Assembly: GCA_049970895.1 (NCBI GenBank)
Contig: JBMFMB010000014.1
Location: 1 to 40,507 of the forward strand
Reading direction: 5' to 3'
Origin: Candidatus Bathyarchaeia archaeon
Lineage (GTDB): Archaea > Thermoproteota > Bathyarchaeia > Bathyarchaeales > Bathycorpusculaceae
Length of the DNA: 40,507 nt
The notes under the pieces are model-generated. The model was not told the origin of the DNA, ran no database searches, and worked only from the letters and a program-made list of their open reading frames with translations. Positions 36,414-40,507 of this stretch are shown here, in pieces. The translations under genes and the position numbers were made by a program. Positions within the stretch are counted from its first letter, which is position 1, and each line of letters starts with the position of its first letter.

Positions 36414-38177
36414 TTGCTATACTCCGAGATTGCCGACACCTACGAGAAGATTGAGGCCACAACTAAAAGGCTTGAAATGACAGGCCTGCTAGTAGACCTC
36501 TTAAAGAGGACGCCTAAAGAAATAATTGACAAAGTTGTTTATCTAACTCAAGGCAAAATCTACCCAGACTTTGTTAAACTTGAGATAGGTGTGGCTGAGA
36601 GACTTGCCATAAAGGCTTTGGCTCACGCTTCTGGGCGGCGGGAAAGCGAAATCGAAGAGGATTTGAAGAAGACTGGGGATATTGGTGAGACAGCCCAGAA
36701 GTTTATAGGCCAGAAGAGGCAGTTGACCTTTTTCCAAAAGCCCTTAACCGTTCAGAGGGTTTATGAAACCTTTGATAAGATGGCTAGGGCTTCTGGTTCT
36801 GGGGCTGTTGATACAAAGATTACGCTTTTGGCTGGGCTTTTGGCTGACGCCACGCCTAAGGAAGCCAAATATATTATGCGAACGGTTACTGGAAATCTTC
36901 GCCTTGGCATTGCGGACATGACTGTGCTTGATGCTTTGGCAATAGCCTATGGAGGCGGCAAAGAAACCCGAGAGCTTGTGGAACGCGCCTACAATATTTC
37001 ATCAGACCTTGGAAGAGTCGCCAGGGTCCTCGCCGAAGAAGGTCTTGAAGGAATTAAAAAGTTCAAGGTTATTGTGGGCGAGCCTATTAGGCCCATGCTG
37101 GCTGAAAGGCTCTCTTCGCCCGAAGAAATCCTCGAAAAGCTTGGCGGGAAATGTATAGCCGAATACAAGTATGACGGCGAAAGAATCCAAGCCCATAAGA
37201 AGGGCGACGAAATAACGCTTTTTTCAAGGCGGCTCGAAGACATTTCAGACCAATATCCAGACGCCATCGAACTTTTAAGAGGGCATGTATTGGCGAAAGA
37301 GGCCATTTTAGAGGCTGAATGCGTAGCCATAGACCCTGACACTGGCGAGATGAGGCCTTTCCAGGAGCTTATGCACAGAAGACGCAAATACGGCATAGAA
37401 AAGGCCATGGAGGAGTATCCAGTCTCACTCTTTATGTTTGACGCCCTCTATGTTGATGGGAAAGACCTAACCCTCGAGCCCTATCCATTGAGGCGCAAGA
37501 TGCTGGAAAACGTTGTCAAAGAAGGCGATAGAGTAAAGCTTGCAAAACACATTATTACTGGTGATGTTAAGGAGCTTGAAAACTTCTTCTTAGAAGCCAT
37601 AGAAGATGGATGCGAAGGTCTAGTTTGCAAATCAATAATGGATGACTCTGTTTACCAGGCGGGTGCACGGGGCTGGTTATGGATAAAGTACAAGCGGGAT
37701 TACAAAAGTGAAATGACAGACACCGTAGACCTAGTCGTAGTAGGCGCCTTCCATGGAAGAGGAAAACGTGCAGGAACATACGGTGCACTACTATTGGCGG
37801 CATACAACCCTGAAAAAGACGCCTTCGAAACTGTATGCAAATGTGGAACAGGCTTCACAGATGAGGACTTAGCAAAACTGCCAGAAATGATGAAAAAACA
37901 CGTTATTTCCCATAAGCATCCAAGAGTAAACTCGCTTATAGAGGCGGATGTATGGTTTGAACCAAAAATAGTCATAGAAGTTTTAGGGGCAGAAATAACC
38001 CTAAGCCCCATCCACACATGCGCCATGAACACAATACGCCAAGGAAGCGGATTGGCGATACGCTTCCCGCGTTTTACAGGCAATTACAGAATAGATAAGG
38101 CTGCTGAAGACGCAACGACGGTAAGCGAGATTTTGGAAATGTATCAGAAACAGCTAAAGAAGATTGCTGAAAGTTAA
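36414..38177 (+). CDS. lig: ATP-dependent DNA ligase
   Basis: PMLA, EYKYDGER adenylation motif, EGLVCK, WIKYKRDY, IRFPRF. Confidence 0.98.
   Translation: MLYSEIADTYEKIEATTKRLEMTGLLVDLLKRTPKEIIDKVVYLTQGKIYPDFVKLEIGVAERLAIKALAHASGRRESEIEEDLKKTGDIGETAQKFIGQKRQLTFFQKPLTVQRVYETFDKMARASGSGAVDTKITLLAGLLADATPKEAKYIMRTVTGNLRLGIADMTVLDALAIAYGGGKETRELVERAYNISSDLGRVARVLAEEGLEGIKKFKVIVGEPIRPMLAERLSSPEEILEKLGGKCIAEYKYDGERIQAHKKGDEITLFSRRLEDISDQYPDAIELLRGHVLAKEAILEAECVAIDPDTGEMRPFQELMHRRRKYGIEKAMEEYPVSLFMFDALYVDGKDLTLEPYPLRRKMLENVVKEGDRVKLAKHIITGDVKELENFFLEAIEDGCEGLVCKSIMDDSVYQAGARGWLWIKYKRDYKSEMTDTVDLVVVGAFHGRGKRAGTYGALLLAAYNPEKDAFETVCKCGTGFTDEDLAKLPEMMKKHVISHKHPRVNSLIEADVWFEPKIVIEVLGAEITLSPIHTCAMNTIRQGSGLAIRFPRFTGNYRIDKAAEDATTVSEILEMYQKQLKKIAES
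38062..38163 (+). repeat. Left copy of a ~100-bp direct repeat (3' end of lig)
   Basis: 38121-38163 is identical to 39965-40007 (43 nt); upstream part similar but diverged. Confidence 0.92.
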
Positions 38178-38188
38178 ACTGAAAAGTT

Positions 38189-38599
38189 CTAAGTAGCTTG
38201 TTTTAGTTGTGTAAGTATTTTCTTATAGTCTGGTGACATGTAGATTATTTTCCCGTTTTTTAAGGCTTCTCTAGCGATTGGGTGTTTTTCCCTTATCATT
38301 TTGTCAAATTCTTCCTCGGAATATGCGAAGGGTTCTACGTATATTTCAAGGTTTGGATCCAGTAGTATTCGCGGTCTATCTTTGGGTTTTTCTGGAAGTT
38401 TTTCTGCCACTAAAAGCATGTCGATGTCGCTTCCATAGGAATATGTGTTTTTTGCGTATGATCCAAATATCACAGCTAGTTTTAAGCCTATCTTCTTTTC
38501 AATGCTTTTCACGTATTTTTTGGCTATTAATTCAGCTTTCTCTCTCGATGGTGCGTATTTTATCTTCACAAAATTTGATAATTTCCTCTGCAATTTCAA
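38189..38599 (-). CDS. Minimal nucleotidyltransferase (MNT); start possibly GTG 38569
   Basis: IFGSYAKN...SDIDMLLV. Confidence 0.9.
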   Translation of the reverse strand: MKLQRKLSNFVKIKYAPSREKAELIAKKYVKSIEKKIGLKLAVIFGSYAKNTYSYGSDIDMLLVAEKLPEKPKDRPRILLDPNLEIYVEPFAYSEEEFDKMIREKHPIAREALKNGKIIYMSPDYKKILTQLKQAT

Positions 38600-38936
38600 T
38601 AGCCTCCCCCGCGTCTTCCTTTGTATAATAGTTTAGAGGTGCACCTTCAGGATGGAAGTTTGGGTATCTCGATGGTATATAATGCCTATCAAGGAGTTTC
38701 GCTTTGTCAATCAACTCTTCATTTGCCTTCACTGTTTTGGGTAGCCTTTTGAGCAGCATGGAAACCGAATGTCCTATGGCTTCGGCTCTTAAGGCTTGAT
38801 ATAATGCCTTAACTCCCTTTTCCGCTGCTTGTTGAGCAGCGAAGCAGCTCCACTCGTAATCGCGGTTTTCCATACTTATTTTGGCGTGTTGCAAATCTTT
38901 TTTAGCCTGCCTAAGCCAATCGTGAGTTCTTTTCAT
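38532..38936 (-). CDS. HEPN domain protein
   Basis: DWLRQAKKDL, WSCFAAQQAAEK, GHS, LDRHYIPSRYP. Confidence 0.92.
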   Translation of the reverse strand: MKRTHDWLRQAKKDLQHAKISMENRDYEWSCFAAQQAAEKGVKALYQALRAEAIGHSVSMLLKRLPKTVKANEELIDKAKLLDRHYIPSRYPNFHPEGAPLNYYTKEDAGEAIEIAEEIIKFCEDKIRTIERES

Positions 38937-39061
38937 CTTTTTCAACCAATCATTTTGGTTTTACAAACTATTTATATTTTAATTATACCATCGCTTCCAG
39001 CGTTTAATAATTGGATAAAGTAAATTTAAATGCACCAATATAAATCCGAAGATAACTGAAG

Positions 39062-39457
39062 CTAAAGCCTTTTCGCTACGAAGTCCTTTGCTGTTTTAAT
39101 GAATTCCTCAGCATTATTTACCAGCGTCTGAACTTCCTCTCGGCTGAATATTGCACCTATTTCGTAGTCGCTGGTTTCCCTCATTTCAAAAGCCCTCCTC
39201 AAGTATTGCCCAAATTTTTTGTCTAGTAGGTTTGTTTTTATGATTCTTAATCCGAATTCTGATATTAGGCCTGAATGGGTTTTTGCATCATATCCTAACA
39301 CGTTGAGCACGGCTTTTGCCGCATGGAAAAATGCGTAGTAAGCTCTATTCACAGCGTCTTCCAGCATCCCCTTTTCAATGAGAAGTTTTGCAGCGTCCAG
39401 CCTTTTTTCGGCTACCTCCAATTCTTCTTTTATTCGGATTTTAACGCCTTCTTCCAT
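39062..39457 (-). CDS. HEPN domain protein (UPF0332-like)
   Basis: AVNRAYYAFFHAAKA, KTHSG, RETSDY. Confidence 0.92.
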   Translation of the reverse strand: MEEGVKIRIKEELEVAEKRLDAAKLLIEKGMLEDAVNRAYYAFFHAAKAVLNVLGYDAKTHSGLISEFGLRIIKTNLLDKKFGQYLRRAFEMRETSDYEIGAIFSREEVQTLVNNAEEFIKTAKDFVAKRL

Positions 39458-39746
39458 TGTATATCACTATTCCTTTTCTGATTTCTTCGATAATTGGATT
39501 TTTCCCCTTTTCAAGCTCCTCCTCTGCTATGAATTTGAGGGTTATAAGTTTTCCTTGCTCGGCAAGTATCTTGTCGGCTATTTTTGAGGCCCACCTCATT
39601 ACACGCCTGTCTTTTGTTACTATAGCTAAGTCAATGTCTGAATCAAGCCTATAGTTGCCTTTGGCTAATGAGCCGAATAGGATGATTTTTGCATTTCTAC
39701 CTACGGGCTCAAACTGCTTTAATATTTGCCTATGAAACTCCAGCAT
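39441..39746 (-). CDS. Minimal nucleotidyltransferase (MNT); start uncertain
   Basis: LFGSLAKG...SDIDLAIV. Confidence 0.88.
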   Translation of the reverse strand: MLEFHRQILKQFEPVGRNAKIILFGSLAKGNYRLDSDIDLAIVTKDRRVMRWASKIADKILAEQGKLITLKFIAEEELEKGKNPIIEEIRKGIVIYNGRRR

Positions 39747-39906
39747 AGTTAAAGCCGCCTTTTCCGATGAATTTAAAGCATGCAACCTATTTAATTTTGC
39801 TTGATTGCAAAGGATGGTTGTGATTGGACAGCCTTGAACATCATTAAACATTTTAACACTATGTTTGTCTTCTTAAAAGGCTTAATCTTGTGCGCACGCA
39901 TCAAGT

Positions 39907-40007
39907 GCTTCCCACACTTTACTGGCGTCTACGGAATAGATAAGGCTCTGAAGACGCAACAACTGTAAGCGAGATTTTGGAAATGTATCAGAAACAGCTA
40001 AAGAAGA
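39907..40007 (+). repeat. Right, degenerate copy of the lig 3' end
   Basis: GCTTCCCACACTTTACTGGC...GTAAGCGAGATTTTGGAAATGTATCAGAAACAGCTAAAGAAGA; 1-nt deletion (GGCTCTG vs GGCTGCTG) and substitutions. Confidence 0.92.
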
Positions 40008-40124
40008 GATATAGGTTTATGAAAGCTTCGTTAACTATTTATTTTTAACTTTAAAACGCTCTGACCTTAGGTTTAGTTAAAGATTTAATTTTGGCGCCTT
40101 GAGGGGTGGTAAAAGTTTAAAATT

Positions 40125-40499
40125 TTATAACGCAAATAGTGCCTCAACTTTCTTTAGAACCTTTGTGACAGGGTCTAATTCAAGTCTTAATCCTTCTAGG
40201 GCGTCAACTCCTAAAACTTCTGCGTCACTTTCATTTGCAAAAACAACTATTCTGGTAGCCCTTTCATTTAAACACTCAATAATGGCTTCTCCAATTTCCC
40301 GCTCTATTATTTTGCCATCAATGGTTTTGAATCTCCATCGCGTCATGGGTTTTATGCCGAGCTCCTCAAGCCTGCTCTTCTTAACCCAGCTATACGCGCT
40401 GCCAGTGTCAACAAGCAACCTCATTTCTAAACATTTAGATGGATTATAAGGGTTAATTAACTTAACATCAGCAAACGTGTGACCCATATTTTGCTCCAT
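40125..40499 (-). CDS. Clan AA (retropepsin-like) aspartic protease
   Basis: LVDTGS catalytic motif and VLGVDALE; single-domain 124 aa. Confidence 0.88.
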   Translation of the reverse strand: MEQNMGHTFADVKLINPYNPSKCLEMRLLVDTGSAYSWVKKSRLEELGIKPMTRWRFKTIDGKIIEREIGEAIIECLNERATRIVVFANESDAEVLGVDALEGLRLELDPVTKVLKKVEALFAL

Positions 40500-40507
40500 A
40501 TTTTTAG

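Larger units (their letters stand above)
38178..39906. mobile_element. Small accessory islet of two HEPN-MNT pairs bracketed by the lig 3'-end repeats
   Basis: Flanking direct repeats, toxin-antitoxin-like cargo, AT-richer sequence; no recombinase inside. Confidence 0.55.

Noticed and set aside
1-40507. CRISPR array, rRNA genes or an intact transposase
   Set aside because: No regularly spaced repeats, rRNA-length conserved sequence or transposase motifs seen. The short rRNA-like words near 32.8 kb are the guide sequences.

Overview
Archaeal chromosomal window. Gene content (egsA, psmB-aCPSF1, SmAP-rpl37e, sepF, an eL22-like protein, a His-less EndA subunit, a PEF-CTERM-like sorting tail) suggests the TACK group, probably Bathyarchaeia; this is inferred, not searched. 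From about 4.3 to 38.2 kb it is mostly housekeeping: tRNA-Gly(GCC), a Nop2/RsmB-Nip7 pair, hisS, mtnA, HtrA, FKBP PPIase, egsA, psmB, aCPSF1, rps10, mre11-rad50, an ABC transporter and ATP-dependent DNA ligase. Accessory DNA lies at both ends. On the left is a decayed element 3' of tRNA-Gly with a probable integrase stump, Zn-finger micro-ORFs, a mini-Hsp20 and a beta-helix surface protein. On the right, two HEPN-MNT pairs are bracketed by a duplicated 3' end of the ligase gene. The strongest signal missed by the ORF track is a box C/D guide RNA at 32782-32851 (-). Its two guides predict 2'-O-methylation of 16S C1402 and 23S C1920 (E. coli numbering), both near the subunit interface. Three genes carry single-base frameshifts, mostly in homopolymers, which may be assembly errors. 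All calls come from reading motifs by eye; no searches were run.
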